A stretch of 64,000 nucleotides of DNA from Podarcis bocagei (lineage: Eukaryota): assembly GCA_964188305.1 (NCBI GenBank), contig OZ076887.1; one strand, given 5' to 3'. Every line of letters begins with the position of its first letter. Within the stretch, counting starts at the first letter, position 1. The translations under genes were made by a program, and so were the position numbers. Shown piece by piece: positions 22,731-36,706 of the stretch. The notes beneath the pieces were generated by a model. That model was not told the origin of the DNA. It saw only the letters and a program-made list of their open reading frames with translations, and searched no databases.

Positions 22731-25015
22731 CCTGAGCTTGCAAAAAAGGCATTGGCATAAGATACACACGCTTAGGGAGAGGGGTGGTTGAAATGTATCC
22801 CTTGCTCTAAGGGAGGTCACCCCTCCAATCTCTGTATTTTTTGTCGCATAGAACTGCTGCATTCTTTTGGTGAACGTTCCCCTTCAGAGTCTCCCCCTCT
22901 TCCCACCTTCCTCAAAGCAATTTTGCAGGCAGTGTTACTTGTTTTGACTTAGTTAATTGTGAGCTTGGAGTAATGCCAGTTTGTATGTGTCAGGTCTCTC
23001 TCTCTTTCGACCCCCCCCCCCAACCTCTTGTTATTTGCAGCAGCAGGGATAAAAGTCACACTTTCGCATAATCTAGAGGCTGGCTTGCATAGAGGGGCTT
23101 GCATTTAAGCACCACTTTAAAAAACAACACCAGCTTTTCTCAGAACTTCTGAATTGGAATGGAAGTACTGTAAGAGGAAAAGAGTGACACTGCAGTTGCT
23201 TGTAGTTTACTATTGAAAGGAAGTAGACTAGGTGGGAATGTTACTATTTATATTAAAAAATAAAAACAAAATAAGGCAGCAATAACAATTTTTAGCATGA
23301 ATGGCTAGGATTTCATGGAGATACTATCCAGATATTCACAATATAATCCAAATACCAGTTAGTTTCTCTCATGGACTACCACGTTTGGCTAATTATTCCG
23401 GAACACAACAGTTTTCAGTCGGTAGTATCTCTAACTCTTCTCTATACTATAAAATCACTTTACTTACTGTGTATGCTTTTACTGTGGTACGACTGCTCTC
23501 TAAACATGCACAAATATCACATGTTCATTAGTAGAACAAGAAGCCTCCTTTAATCTGTCAGGTGAAAACTAATTAACACTTTCCATGTCAAATTAGACTT
23601 CTAATTTTAAAGGACATATTAATCTGTGCTGCTCATGGCTCTGTAGATTACATGTGGTTGCCTTCTCGTGTTTACCTAGATTACTATGCAGTGTAATGTA
23701 AGTGCTATTTAGTTTTGATATTAAATCACATTTGGCAGATACATTTGACATTTGAAACTGTAGTGCTGAAACTTCTATGCAGAAAAGCTCGTTGTGGGTT
23801 GTACTGCATTCAGTGGTACATAATAACCCAATGTTTTTCTTTCATAATTTATTCAGAAAGCTAAGTTTTTGTTTCTAATAGCATTGACTTCTGCAGTCAC
23901 CAAGTCATAGAAATTGATTCAGGCTACGTAGTTTGAGGGAATCCAGGAAATGGAATCTGTGATCACCACTTATTGAGCAAGCCAAATAATTGAAACTCAT
24001 CCAGTAAGTGCTGGCTATATGCTTGCTTACTTTTTCGGCCTCTTCAATAACATGCTTTCAGGTGGTGATTGTGAAAATCAAAACTTATTCTAAAAGATGG
24101 CCAAGGGATTGAGGAGCAGGACTGGTTGTTACTTACTTGTCTTTGAGATTCAATACAGTTATCTTCAGTTCATCTTATGGATCCAAAGTAAGCAGTTCTG
24201 TACTGAGAAAAAAAAGGGAGCTTCAGATCCCCTTTGAAGTTTCTCTGTGATATAGTCAATTTCCAATCTCGCCATCATTTTTCTTAATTTGTAAAATATG
24301 TAAATTGTTAGCATAGCACCTCTTGATAATGAATGTTCTTATTACAATTACTTAATGCTTTATGCTCAGGTAACTTTCTGTTCATGAATTTCATGGCTGA
24401 ATAATGTTCCATGGCCTTTTAAATGTGTTCGTGGGACAGGGATTATTTGTTTGTTTTTGTTTTATTATGTATTTTGTGTGCTCATTTTGTATTTTATGTT
24501 GGGAACTACACTGTGATCTTCAGATGAAGGGCAGTTATTTCCAGATAAATAAATGTGGTGCTTTTCAAGAATCCTGAAAATGATGGAAGACCTATGTGTA
24601 GGCATGCTGTACCACAGTCTATAGATGGACGGATACTCCAATCGCAAAATATATGAAGTCCTTCCCATTCTATTCATAATCAGTTGGTAATAAATCAAGC
24701 TCCTTCTACTATAGTAAATGGAAACAAAAATTCCTGCGAGGTAGTTGTGTCTGCAGTGAGGATGGGGTTTACTGGCAGAAATAAATGAGGCCATCAGACA
24801 TGTCTATCCTTTCCCTACTGAGTGATGGTATAGGTAGTATCACAAGGTGAAGCAAGTGAGAACTTTATGGCCTACCCTGCCTCTTCATGGCTGAATTATC
24901 CATTTCCACTATGCTTGTGGCAACATTTTTCTGTAGGTTCTAGCCACTCCTTAGGACCTCTCTTTAGTTGTTCCCATATCTGGGTGAAAGATGCCAAGGA
25001 AACAGCAAAGCTATA

Positions 25016-25257
25016 CAGTTGTACCTTGGGTTAAGTACTTAATTCGTTCCGGAGGTCTGTTCTTAACCTGAAACTGTTCTTAATCTGAAGCACCACTTTA
25101 GCTAATGGGGCCTCCTGCTGCCGCCGTGCTTCCGGAGCCCGATTTCTGTTCTTATCCTGAAGCAAAGTTCTTAACCTGAAGCACTATTTCTGGGTCAGCA
25201 GAGTGTGTAACCTGAAGTGTATGTAACCTGAAGCGTATGTAACCCGAGGTACCACTG
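25016..25257 (-). mobile_element. Tc1/mariner (pogo/Tigger-like) MITE, TA TSD
   Basis: TA-CAGTTGTACCTTGGGTTA ... TAACCCGAGGTACCACTG-TA. Orientation is opposite to the copies at 25335 and 29420. Confidence 0.88.
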
Positions 25258-25334
25258 TAGTTGTCATAAAAAGTATTTAATTTTGTTTTAGCATTTTCAC
25301 TCTTTGCATGTTTTGCAAATGTTTGCAAGATATA

Positions 25335-25548
25335 CAGTGGTACCTTGGGTTACAAACGCTTCGGGTTACAAACTCCGCTAACCTGGAAGTAGTACCTTGG
25401 GTTGAGAACTTTGCCCCAAGATGAGAACGGAAATCGTGCGGTGGCAGCGGGAGGCCCCATTAGCGAAAGCGTGCCTCAGGTTAAGGACAGTTTCGGGTTA
25501 AGAATGGACCTCCAGAACAAATTAAGTTCATAACCCGAAGTACCATTG
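25335..25548 (+). mobile_element. Same Tc1/mariner MITE family, TA TSD
   Basis: TA-CAGTGGTACCTTGGGTTA ... TAACCCGAAGTACCATTG-TA. Confidence 0.88.
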
Positions 25549-25944
25549 TACTTTATACTTCATAGCTGATGTACCGTTGACCTCATTTTCCTTAAATGCT
25601 ATTTACTTTCCTGTCCTTTTTTCTTACAAGTTCACAAGTTCCTGACTGTTTTCTACATGCATGTCTTTCTGATGTTCTTAATGAATAGGTTGTTGGATTC
25701 CTTCCAGCATTGAATGTGATTTCATTTGACATGATACTTCCTAATTGGGGAATGATTTGTGGATGAGGGTACTGACTAGAGACAGAGGCTACCTATAGGC
25801 TGCTGAATACACTCCTCATTATGACAACACTTAATTTGCTTCCTCAAGCTTTGTCCTAAGCAGTGAAGTAGCAATGAAAAGTTCTGTTACAGCTTCTGCT
25901 ATAATATCAAATTCCCCCTCTCACTTTTTCAGTAGTACAGTAGT

Positions 25945-26277
25945 AAGGTAAAGGGACCCCTGACCATTAGGTCCAGTCGCGGACAACTCTGGGGTTGTGG
26001 CTCTCATCTCACTTTATTGGCTGAGGGAGCTGGCGTCCATGGCCAGCATGACTAAGCCGCTTCTGGCAAACCAGAGCAGTGCACGGAAACACCGTTTACC
26101 TTCCTGCTGGAACGGTACCTATTTATCTACTTGCAGTTGGTGCTTTCGAACTGCTAGGTTGGCAGGAGCAGGGACTGAGCAACGGGAGCTCACCCTGTCG
26201 CAGGGATTTGAACTGCCGACCTTCTGATCGGCAAGCCCTAGGTTCTGTGGTTTAACCCACAGCGCCACCCGTGTCCC
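25945..26277 (-). mobile_element. Sauria SINE (Squam1) with a small internal deletion
   Basis: Reverse complement of the 38738 copy (aaggtaaagggacccctgaccattaggtccagtc ... cagcgccacccgtgtccc). Confidence 0.9.
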
Positions 26278-28038
26278 ACTACTTGTTCTTACTGCTCATT
26301 TGGGTTTGAGGGTTAATGATACTGAATATATACAGTACAGTGTTAATCTGGGGCCATGACATTTGCAGCATGATGCTAAACCTGAAAAGTGCGTTTTAAA
26401 AAGATAATTATTGCATATTTCCCATGTCCGTCTTCAAGAGGTCAGGGTAGTTGGACACTATTAAAAATCTGCCCAAAATTTGTAGAATAAATACAAAAGC
26501 AAAATCAATCACTCTAAAAGCAATATCTCGTTAGGAAAAAAAAGTAAGAACAATTCAGCCCAGTTTCAAGGTTTCTCCACCCAGGCAAGTAAAAGCAGTT
26601 CTAAAAATGGTATACATATTTAAAGTCTTCAAAGATAGATTATGGAAGCCTACCTTTGGTTCCATCCACATGGGGCTACCACTGTGTGTTGGAGATCAGT
26701 GTTCTTTCTTTCTGACTTAACCTGGCTAGCATATGATAATTTGATAAAACGTTCCAATAACTCCTTATGATACTTCAGATTGCACATGAGAAGAACCATG
26801 CAAAGCATGCAGGACTCAAGCCATTTAGAGTTTTAAAGGGACAATAGTCACCAGTTGCCTTGCAGAATTCCAAAACACACGCGGGCTGTGAGCCTGAGTG
26901 ACAGGCAAGCCCTTTTCAGTTTAACTATTATTTTGAATTTGAAGGGGTGGCTAAGGTAGGCTAGAAATAAATGGAATAATAAGGGCAAATATGCCCTGAA
27001 GTTAAATGCAAACCAGGGAGAAACAATTTTCAAAGTCAATATCTCACAAAGTGTGCCCTCCAGTCAACCTTCAGCTACGTGCGCTGAAATAGCTTAGTTT
27101 TTGCATGGGTTTACCTTCTGAGCTATGTGGTATAAATAATTGTGCACACGCATTCTTAATTAAAGAATTGTGACCTTCTATATTCTTCCAGTGGGAACTT
27201 GACCCAAATAAGTTATGTAAGAGCTGATTTGTCTTCCTCAAATTTCAAAGTGTTACTGGGAGCCAAATCTACCAAAAATAGTAAGATGAAGACTAGCTTA
27301 TATGTGTTTAATGGAAATTTTACAGGAATTTTAGGGGCTTGATTACTATGCTCAGTAGTAAACAGTGATTCTTGGTAACTCTACTAGATAATGTGTGAAG
27401 CTGTGCCATTCATTTACATGAGAACTTCAGGTTGTGTTCTGAATTTTTACATACATATTCTACCCCCCCCCCATCCTAGAATGGCAAAACCACCTGCTAT
27501 ATATTAACGAAAAATTTCCATAGGGTACTTTGCTTCAGAACATTTTCTGATACAAAGCTAAAAACTTTGAAATTGCCAGGCTTTGAAATGGTAATGTATT
27601 TACAACTGATTACCAATTAACGTACGAAATGTTTTTTTTTCCCTTTTGCAGGCAAAAAATGGCTTAGAAAATTTGGAATATTTTCCACCCATCCCTAGTT
27701 AGTCAATTAAGATTGCTTTCTGGAAACACAGAGAACATGCATCCTAGTATGTTTTCCATGCTTAGTTGGCATTACTTTGAGCATTTGCTGCTCAAATGCA
27801 CTGAAATTCTCTGGCTTTGTAAGACCTAATGCAGCTTTTGTGTTTAAAGGGAAAGAATTGCAAGTATACCAATTTAACACCAGGCGTATATCAATGTGTG
27901 GACATACTGAATAAGGTTAAAAAAACACACCTGTCTGCTGATGGTTCTGCAGTACCGTTATTTCCATTATTCCTATCCTACTTCACTGCCCCCTTTTCTG
28001 TCTCCTCACAAATTTTGTTGCAGAATTCTAGTGACCTA

Positions 28039-28233
28039 GATCACACCTGCACCGTCCATTTGAAATGCTATTATACCACTTGAACAGTCAAGGACAATAA
28101 TGGGAACTATAGTTTAAGGGTGACCCCACAGAGCTGCAGTTCTCAGCACTCCTAACAAACTAGCATTCTGAGGATTCTCCATGACTATTGAAGAGGTATA
28201 ATAGTGCTTTAAATGTATGGTGTGGATGTGACC
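28039..28233. mobile_element. Harbinger-like MITE, diverged
   Basis: Inverted ends gatcacacctgcacc/ggtgtggatgtgacc and gctattatacc/ggtataatagt. Confidence 0.6.
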
Positions 28234-28697
28234 TTGGAGTGGTGAAATAATTCCTGAGCTGATACAATTACTTTGGAGTTCAGATTATTTTCCATATATG
28301 TGGAATGTCTTAATTCTGGCAACCCCTGAGATCATGGGGGGCGGGGGGAGGGGACCTGAAAAGGGGACCTTTCCCACTGTTGTCCTGCATTCTGGAATGT
28401 GCTTTTTCCTTTCCATACCTGAAATTTCAGTTGTTTTAGTGTTTTGGGGTTTTGTATTGCTATATAGGACTTGGAGATTTTAAAAATTATATGTGGTTTA
28501 AACAAATAATAAATTGTACTCAGTATTTTAGCAAGTAGTGGTAGTTAGTGCTGTATTGCTAGAAAGCGTCTTCAGTGATTACAATCTTGTGCATATTTGG
28601 CAATAGAAGTATAAACTGCATTGTTGAATAGATGTTATAACACACCGTTGAGGAAACTCTCCTTTTTGTTTGTTTGTTAAAGGTGGCTTTCTAGAAG

Positions 28698-28830
28698 ATG
28701 ACCATAGAGGATCTTCCTGACCCTTCCATAGAAGGAGATCCATTGACTAAAAGATACCAGTATCTTATTCCGGGTTCTGAAGATTCAATCACCTATTCTG
28801 TTTCTGCAGCACCAATGCCTTCTGAATGTG
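28698..28830 (+). CDS. CLIP4: CAP-Gly domain-containing linker protein 4, first coding exon (MTIEDLPD...SAAPMPSEC)
   Basis: Acceptor ttaaag| at 28682, ATG at 28698 in aagATGa context, donor G|gtaagt. 133 coding nt matching the CLIP4 N-terminus. Confidence 0.95.
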
Positions 28831-29419
28831 GTAAGTATATTTATAAAAAGGAATAAATTTTTATTCCAGAATGTTAAGTTGAGGAAGATGCATGCAGATG
28901 GATTTCGGAATGATGCACTCAACTTGGAAAACAAAGTTCATTTCGAAATGGTCTCATCTGTCTCCCGTATCTAAAATGTGTCAAATCAGCATCAAATCAA
29001 TGTGCTAGATGCTGTAGAATACAATCAATTTTACAGTCTCCCCAAGCAATCAATTTATTATGCAAATAATGCATAAACAATGCAGATTTCTTCTCCCAAA
29101 GTAACACACTTATTCCAAAATGACGTTTTCCCAGCACTCAGACAGCAATATTTTGGTGTGAGGCATCTATATTATTTGGAGTACTGTGTGAAATATTTGT
29201 GGAAATGTCACAGGAGCCTATTGGCTAGCGTTCATGACACTGTATGTGTGAAGGAGTTGTGTGATATAGTGAATAGAGAGACGGGGGAGATGCCTGCTCA
29301 GAAAAAAGTGCAGTGGGGTGACTGCCTCAGCCAGAGCCCATTCATTAAGTTAAAATTTAAGTAGGGGCACATTGGAAACTGCATATGCCTCAACATTTTA
29401 CAGATGGGGCACTTTTGTA

Positions 29420-29661
29420 CAGTGGTACCTCGGGTTACAGATGCTTCAGGTTACAGACGCTTCAGGTTACAGACTCTGCTAACCCAGAAATAGTACCTTG
29501 GGTTAAGAACTTTGCTTCAGGATGAGAACAGAAATTGTGCTCCGGCGGCACGGCGGCAGCGGGAGGCCCCATTAGCTAAACTGGTGCTTCAGATTAAGAA
29601 CAGTTTCAGGTTAAGAACGGACCTCCGGAACAAATTAAGTACTTAACCCGAGGTACCACTG
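29420..29661 (+). mobile_element. Tc1/mariner MITE, third copy, with perfect 18-bp TIRs
   Basis: TA-CAGTGGTACCTCGGGTTA ... TAACCCGAGGTACCACTG-TA. Confidence 0.9.
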
Positions 29662-32179
29662 TATACTTATTGGCTAGTCATAGCCTGCATTAAGGGTCTG
29701 TTTGTGTTTTTCATGTGAGCGCACATGAATTAAGAATGCTTCAAGCTGGCCCTGTATGTGTTCATTTTAATCCTTACCACAAATACAGCTCTGTGATAGC
29801 CTGAGGAAAAACAGAAGTTCACTGACCTTCAGTTTCCATCACTTGGCCAAGTGAGGCATCTAGTTTCCATGCCTTCTAAAAATAGCCCCAGCAGGCTTTA
29901 TTTCCCCCCGCCTTCCCCCTATTTCCCAAGGTTTTGTTAGTATTCTCTTAATGGGGAGGACGCCATTGGTGCCTTCTGTGTCATCGTCCTAATCATATTT
30001 TTCTCTTCACCTTCTGCATCTTTGTCTAATTACATCAAAGTGAAATGTCCACACAGGGCCTCAACCCTTTTCTTATGCACACATCCCTTCCCGCAATGCA
30101 AGTTATGTACATGTTTGTGGGCCTGCGTGTCACAGGTTCATGCCCAAACTTACTTTTCCTTTTCCTAAGTGCTACAGGAGACACAATATCATCATTTGGG
30201 CCAGCCCCATTTCAAGCGGGGTTGATGATGCAGGGTTATTTGAATTACCCATGAGCACAACAGCTATCTTTGCAGTATGCTGCTAAATTTTAATCCCTTC
30301 TTAAACCCACCACTTGGGAAGAATGTGTTCAGTCCCCACTGGGAATGCTTGTTTGCTGCCTGGATTTCTTTAGAAGTAAATCTCTCCTGTAGCGACAGAA
30401 ACTATGGCTGGTAACATTGCTTTAGTAATGAACTCTCCTTCATGTTAGGCTAGGTGGCCTCCTAGGACTTGCTACCTCCTTACCCAGCTTTCGTGGGCTA
30501 TGATTGCTGTATATGACAGCAGCAACTGCATTATGATCCATACCTCAGCAATTATGGTATGACTTTTACAGGTGGCTCCAGTTCACAAGGCTGTATGGGA
30601 AAACAATAAGTATGATACGGACCTCTCTGGTGTAAAGAAAGCTGCTCTCAGGCACCAATGTTTACTTTAAAACTTCTTGCAAAGATCTCTGACTGTGCGT
30701 GGTATTAAATTCTTGGATTTGGAAGAAATAGTAATTCTTGGAATCCATTGCTAGTGCTGTCCTAAACATGCTTGTACAGACATGAGCTTGAGTGCCCACA
30801 GGCTGTGCTTCAGTCACATTGAAATTCAGCATACATTGTCTCTACTTAGCTAGAGACTTTATTATAGTGATTTTACCCTGTTCTTCAAAATCTTAATTGA
30901 TGGCTGTATAGCAAGAACTGTGGGGAGGCCAGATCACTTAACATGCTCAGACTAATATTTCATGCATGGCCAAATTCATCCATCAAGAACTTGCAAGCCA
31001 AAGGTTTTCATGGCTTGGTTAAGGATTGTACCCACCTGAAATAAATAGCATGCTGCCAGGTAGATTTTCACTTTGAAAAGTACAAGCGTTAATCAGCGGT
31101 GACAAAGTGATGTGTTAGAACAAGTGATCCAGCTCTTAATTACTGTAGAAATCTCAAGTAGTGACTAAAAAACAAAACAACAAAAAAACTTTCTCCAAAT
31201 TATATACATTGTGCTTGCCTGACAGTTGAATAGCCTGCTTGCTTTCAAGTGAATGTTTGTAATGCCCCCTCTTTTCTGTGTTGTGCAGTCACTCCACAAT
31301 TATAAGAACTCTCCAGTGCAAGGCTCTCTGTGAGAGGCAGTTCGACTCTAGCTCATCCTGAAGGAGATGTCTTACTCATGAGCACATTAACGGTAGAATG
31401 CCTTTAGTCAGGGTAGTAAGAGAAACTATATAAAAGGGCTTGTCAGTCAGCTCAGTATTTATTTCACTGATCCTTTGCAGTGTGCAGGGCTTTCCCAGTA
31501 GGCACAGCAGTATATCTCAATGTTGTTTCAATTCAGCATATGTTCCTTGAATGTCAATTTTTTTGAAACATCAATTTCTCCCCAAAAGCTCGCTTGATCT
31601 TCAGCATATGAACCTGCTTTCGTTTGCTGGCAAATACACTGATTGGCACACTATTAATGCATTTTTAAAGCTAATTCTCCTTCAAGTTCTTGTGGGAATA
31701 AATGCCTTAGTCCTGAAAAGAAAGTTGTGCATCCTGAGTTTATCCTGATTTGCTTGCACAGTGGTTGTATGTTGCCTTGTTAATCATTCATCCCATACTT
31801 TTCAGTGCATTTCCCTGTCATCTCCCTACCTGTGGAGAGTCCTAGTTTTTTTTTATAAAGTATATTTGTTGTACCAGGGTGACAGAGTGCTTTGATACAC
31901 TTTCATTGTGCAAATCTTAATTTCCGGTATGTGCCTGAATGCGTCCCACAAAATACTGCCCGTTTGGAGGCAACCTCTTCCTTCACAAGTAGCATGGAAA
32001 TGCAGTGGGCCAGCAGAGAGCCGATCCTTCTTGCACCAGTCTGCTTAGTGGAAGGCTTTCCACCCTCTCAGCCTGTATTTCCATTCTGCCCATTGAGAAG
32101 GAGACTCCCTTGTGGGAATCATGGAAGTGCAAGCTACTAATAGAGACACGTTGAAAAATGAAAGAGAAGCAGGCTAGTA

Positions 32180-32576
32180 CCGTATTTTTCCGTGTATAAG
32201 GCGATCCTTTTTGCTAAAAAAAAGTAGGCAAAAATAGGGTGTCATCTTATACACGGATAGTGAATGCAGAGGGGGGGACATGTGATTAATGGCAGCAGCA
32301 AGCAGGAGATTGGCAGTGGCAATTGGGGAGGTGATTGGCAGCTGCGGCAAGTGGGCGGATGGGCTGTTGGTGGTGGCGAGCAAGCAAACAATTGGCTGCA
32401 GCGAGGTGTGTGATCAGCAGTGACTGGCAAGCAATCAGCAGTGGCGGGCAGGTGGGTGAGCGATTGGTGGAAGTGACCTCCCCCCCCAAAAAAGCTAAAC
32501 AACTTAATTTCTTAATTTTGGGTTAAAAAAATTAGGGGTCGTCTTATACATGGGGGCATGTTATAGAAAAATACGA
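32180..32576. mobile_element. Non-autonomous Tc1/mariner (Tc2-like, CCGTATTT termini), TA TSD
   Basis: TA-CCGTATTTTTCCGTGTATAAG ... TTATAGAAAAATACGA-TA, with subterminal TCTTATACA repeats. Confidence 0.75.
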
Positions 32577-34142
32577 TAATTTTCATAGACTTATTTACAA
32601 GGCTGTGATATATGTGAGTTTTCACCTGCCAAAGACAGAATTGGGCAAACCAGAGCCTGAATCAAAGTGGTCAGCCTGCCACTGCTCCATACAAATCCTC
32701 ATCTGCTTGGCTGCCCATGTCAACCAGGAACATGTGCTCTTTTCTGTAATGCAGATGCATATACCCCATGTTGCTCATCATTCCTGGTCTTGTCACTGCT
32801 TGGTCTGTCCTCATGCTTGCAAAGAGATTTTAATATGAGCCAGCAGCTGCTGTTTTCTCCTCTTCTCTGTTATTGCTCATGCCCCTCTTCTTTTCTATTT
32901 CTTCTTCCCTAAGCTGACCACATTTGGGAAACTGCATATTATAAATGGGTCGTTCTTTCTCTTCTTGTATCCTCAGCACCTTACCGATGTATGAAGCTCT
33001 GGTTCATGTTGGGAAGAAGGCAATTGTCAAAGCTAATCTGTTTTAATTAGAAAAACCTTCCTTGCGTGGCCAAGGATAAGGGTGGTTAGCTCTCAAACTT
33101 TACCTGTTAATAGCCTTCCTGATGACTGACCTAACTGTGCAGTCACTAAAAATGTTTAATTGTGCCATAAATAAAACCAATTCCAACTGTACAGCTCTCT
33201 TAGTGCCAATAAATTGATCTGTTTATCCACTCCAGCGTTGCATACATCAATAGGTTTTTATTTAAACCACATCCTTAAATTTTCTTAACTGACAAACAGA
33301 TGCAATTAACTAAGAAGTAAGGAACTGCTACTACTTATTCCTTATGCAAACTCTGTAAATTCTCAATAGCTAGCAAAATGTTGATTAATTAGGCTAAGCT
33401 AGGTTTCTGATGAGTGGCTTTATTTCTGATGCTAATTATTCTGGGTTATATAAGTTAACTTTGTGTGTTAGATTTCCTCCCTAACCCCCTCTCCCCTCTC
33501 TGCTGCTGTAGCCCAGTATTCCTGAATGATTGCTGAATTAAACTTCACATTTTGCAGAGAGGCACACAACTCTTATGAGGCCCAAACTACTTGTTACATG
33601 CAATTTCATATATATATTTTCCTGAAAAGATTCAAAACAAAACAGCTGCTTGAGACTAAAGCCCAGAGCAAAAAAAATGGGAGTAGTTCTTAACGCTTTC
33701 ACTGCAAATTATATTTCATCTTAGAACTGCCTACCCCAAAACTTTTTGCTTTTCTTCCTAGATAGGAAGAACTACTTTGAGGGCTATTTTTAGAGGAAAT
33801 AATGTCCACAAGAGACATCATCATTGCCTCAAATCTGTTCAAGGGAATATTACACAGAACTCTGCCCAACAGTAGTTTGGTCCAGAGTTTATTCTTCCTG
33901 TGAAGTAATTTCTTTTTTCTTGAAGTATGCTGTATAGAACAATTATGTGTTGATATGTGAGGGTTCTATTTAGTGGATATTATTTATATTTTGTCTTTTC
34001 AATAATAAAGCTACAGTGTTTGCCATCAAGTCAGAGAATTTGTAACTCTTTGTTTATATGTATATCATGTTCACAAATTTGTTGGGCATTTCATACTGCA
34101 AAGTACTTTAGAAACTCAACCTACTTTTTCTTATTCCCATAG

Positions 34143-34282
34143 AATTCTCCTTTTTTGATCCTAATGATGCGGCATGTCAGGAGATTCTGTTCAACCCCAA
34201 GACATCTGTGTCTGAACTATTTGCTATCTTAAGGCAATGGGTCCCCCAAGTTCAACAGAACATTGATGTCATTGGGAGCGAG
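34143..34282 (+). CDS. CLIP4: CLIP4 coding exon 2 (EFSFFDPNDAACQEILFNPK...NIDVIGSE)
   Basis: catag| ... GAG|gtgaga; 140 nt, in phase. Confidence 0.96.
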
Positions 34283-35035
34283 GTGAGAAATATATGGTGA
34301 TTTATAAAGAAAGGTATTTTTTGTGTCTGTGCCTTGACTTCTTTGTGGAACTAACTCACTCTGCTTTTATTTGAGAGCTAACGTTATCAAAATAGCATCA
34401 CCTCTGCGGTGCTTTGGGCTTAGAAATTCAGCTGTTAAAATAAAAACTTGAATTCTTGGTATCATATTAAAAGTGAGTGAGCACCACAAAAGTTGATTTT
34501 ATCTTGTATTTTTATGCTGTGAACTGTCCCGAGATCTACAGAGATCTACAGATTTCATAAAAAATAAAATAAAAAGTGTATTGGGTGTTGGCATATATTC
34601 CTAGGCTTTCATAAGCCTAGCAGATAACAAAGTTCCCTGCTGAAACCCTGGAGATCTACTGCTATTCAGTATAGACAATGCTGAACTTGATGGACCCAAG
34701 GGTCTGTGATTGTGTAAAGAAGCTTTCTGTTCCCAAGATAGTGCTAACAGAAGCATTATGCGAATGCATTAAAGGAGAGTATTTTGTTAATGTTGATGTT
34801 GTGAACCACCCTGTGACCTTTGGATGAAGGGCAATATAGAAATGTAATAAATGATAATAATGACAACAACATGGCAATAAGCCATTAGTTATCCCTTTGT
34901 TGCTGTGAAATGTATCACCAAATTGCTCTGATAATGTACTAAGATGAAATTTGTTGGCAGGCATTGCCGTGAGACTGGGATCTTTTTAGGTTAAATAGCT
35001 GCATCATATATGGTCCTGTTTTATCATTTCTGCAG

Positions 35036-35129
35036 ATCATTAAGAGAGGCTGCAATGTGAATGACAGAGATGGATTGACTGACATGACTCTCTTGCATTA
35101 CACATGCAAGTCAGGGGCTCATGGTATTG
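35036..35129 (+). CDS. CLIP4: CLIP4 coding exon 3, ankyrin repeat (IIKRGCNVNDRDGLTDMTLLHYTCKSGAHGI)
   Basis: tgcag| ... G|gtgagt; 94 nt. Confidence 0.96.
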
Positions 35130-36706
35130 GTGAGTGAATCAATATGAGACCTTCACTGCCAGCTGTCTTTCTAGCAGAAGTTTATCTACCTTTTCCACTG
35201 GCTGTGCTGCCACTGTGCTTAGATTGACGGGTTGAGGAGGGCTGTATCCTTGAGGCTATCCATGTACCCAGTGGGAATATTCTTTAGCTATATTAAAACT
35301 GCTAAGCTGCTTCTTGATCACAGAAGAGTTCTCAAAGATGCATAAGAAGTACAATCTCATGAACTTGTCAAGTAATGGTTAAGCAATAACCTTTTAGCAG
35401 CTGAGAAAAGCATGTACTGAATCGGCAGAAAGCCCAAGCAACAGCCTTTTGAAAACAGCAATGAACAATGCTGTTGAAGGCTTGCCATAAAAGGGATGGT
35501 TTTCATTAGTTAATGAAAGATTATTAAGGAAATGTGCCTGATTCCTCTTTCCATTCCTAAGTCTCTAGAGATTATTGAGTATCTGCATAATCACCCAGTC
35601 TTCCATAAAAGTGGAGCCTGGAAGCTATATGGTCACGTCTCTTTGATTGTACTCAGTAGTGTGCTTGTTTGTGGTTTCTTCTTGCCAAGTCTTCTAAAGA
35701 TAGCAGACTCTAAGATGAAAGCATCAGATTTTCACTTCCAGGGTTGTTGTTTTTTGCCTGTTCTATGTCTCTGTAAGTTTTGTGACCTTCTACATAGCAC
35801 TTTTTGATACACATTTTCACCTAGCAACACCGTGCAGGTGATTAAACGCAATGCAGGTGATATTATTTGAATTGGAATTTGATTCTTTATCTTGAAACAT
35901 GATTAATAAAACTATTGGAAGGACGCAGTGTGGACACATGCTTTCTAAAATCACCTGACATTCAAAAACGAATGCTTTAAATTCTAACCCGGTCTCTGTT
36001 GGCTTTGTGTATGTGTGTCTATACATGCTTTAGAGCTGCGACTCATGATCCACTTGAGGTAGAGCATTTGCTTTAAACCTGTCTTACTCATATTCAAGCC
36101 AACAAGCATATCTCCCTTGGCACAAGTGTTCTGGTTTGATGTGCTTTGGCATTGTGCCGCTGAGTAAATGACCCACTCTGCCTGGGGTGGTTATGCATCA
36201 GCCCTGTGCCATCATACCCAGTGCAGGGTAGGGAATATGATTCATTGTGAGTCAGCTCATGTCCCATCATTCCTGTTTTAAGATACAAAGGATATTTCAG
36301 CCCCTTCTCTTACTTCTGCAAACCAAGACTTAATTAAGCCTTAAATCAAAGCATTTTGAGCTGCTTGACGTGTCATAAAAATCCTACAGAGAAGCCACTT
36401 CTGTGTAGAACTGAATGCAAAAGCCACATATAGGCTTTCCCCATGCAAGTGCACATAGGAAGTCCTGTGAAGTTTACTTTCACTTTATTTTCCTAACTGT
36501 GTTCAAAGGCAATAACTGTCTGACTAGTGCTTAAATCTGTCTTATCAAGGAACATCTTGCTTCGAATGCCTTGGCTTCATAACTGTTGCTGTAAAGTTGC
36601 CAACAATCTTTGGACATGATGTCCAATTATCTAACATATTGATACAGCCTATTAAATAACCACAAAGCCAGTTATAAAGTGCCATTTTTAAAAATCTGCT
36701 TTGCAG

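Noticed and set aside
21526-22862. Dense overlapping Arg/Gly/Pro-rich ORFs
   Set aside because: They result from stop-codon scarcity in the CpG island.
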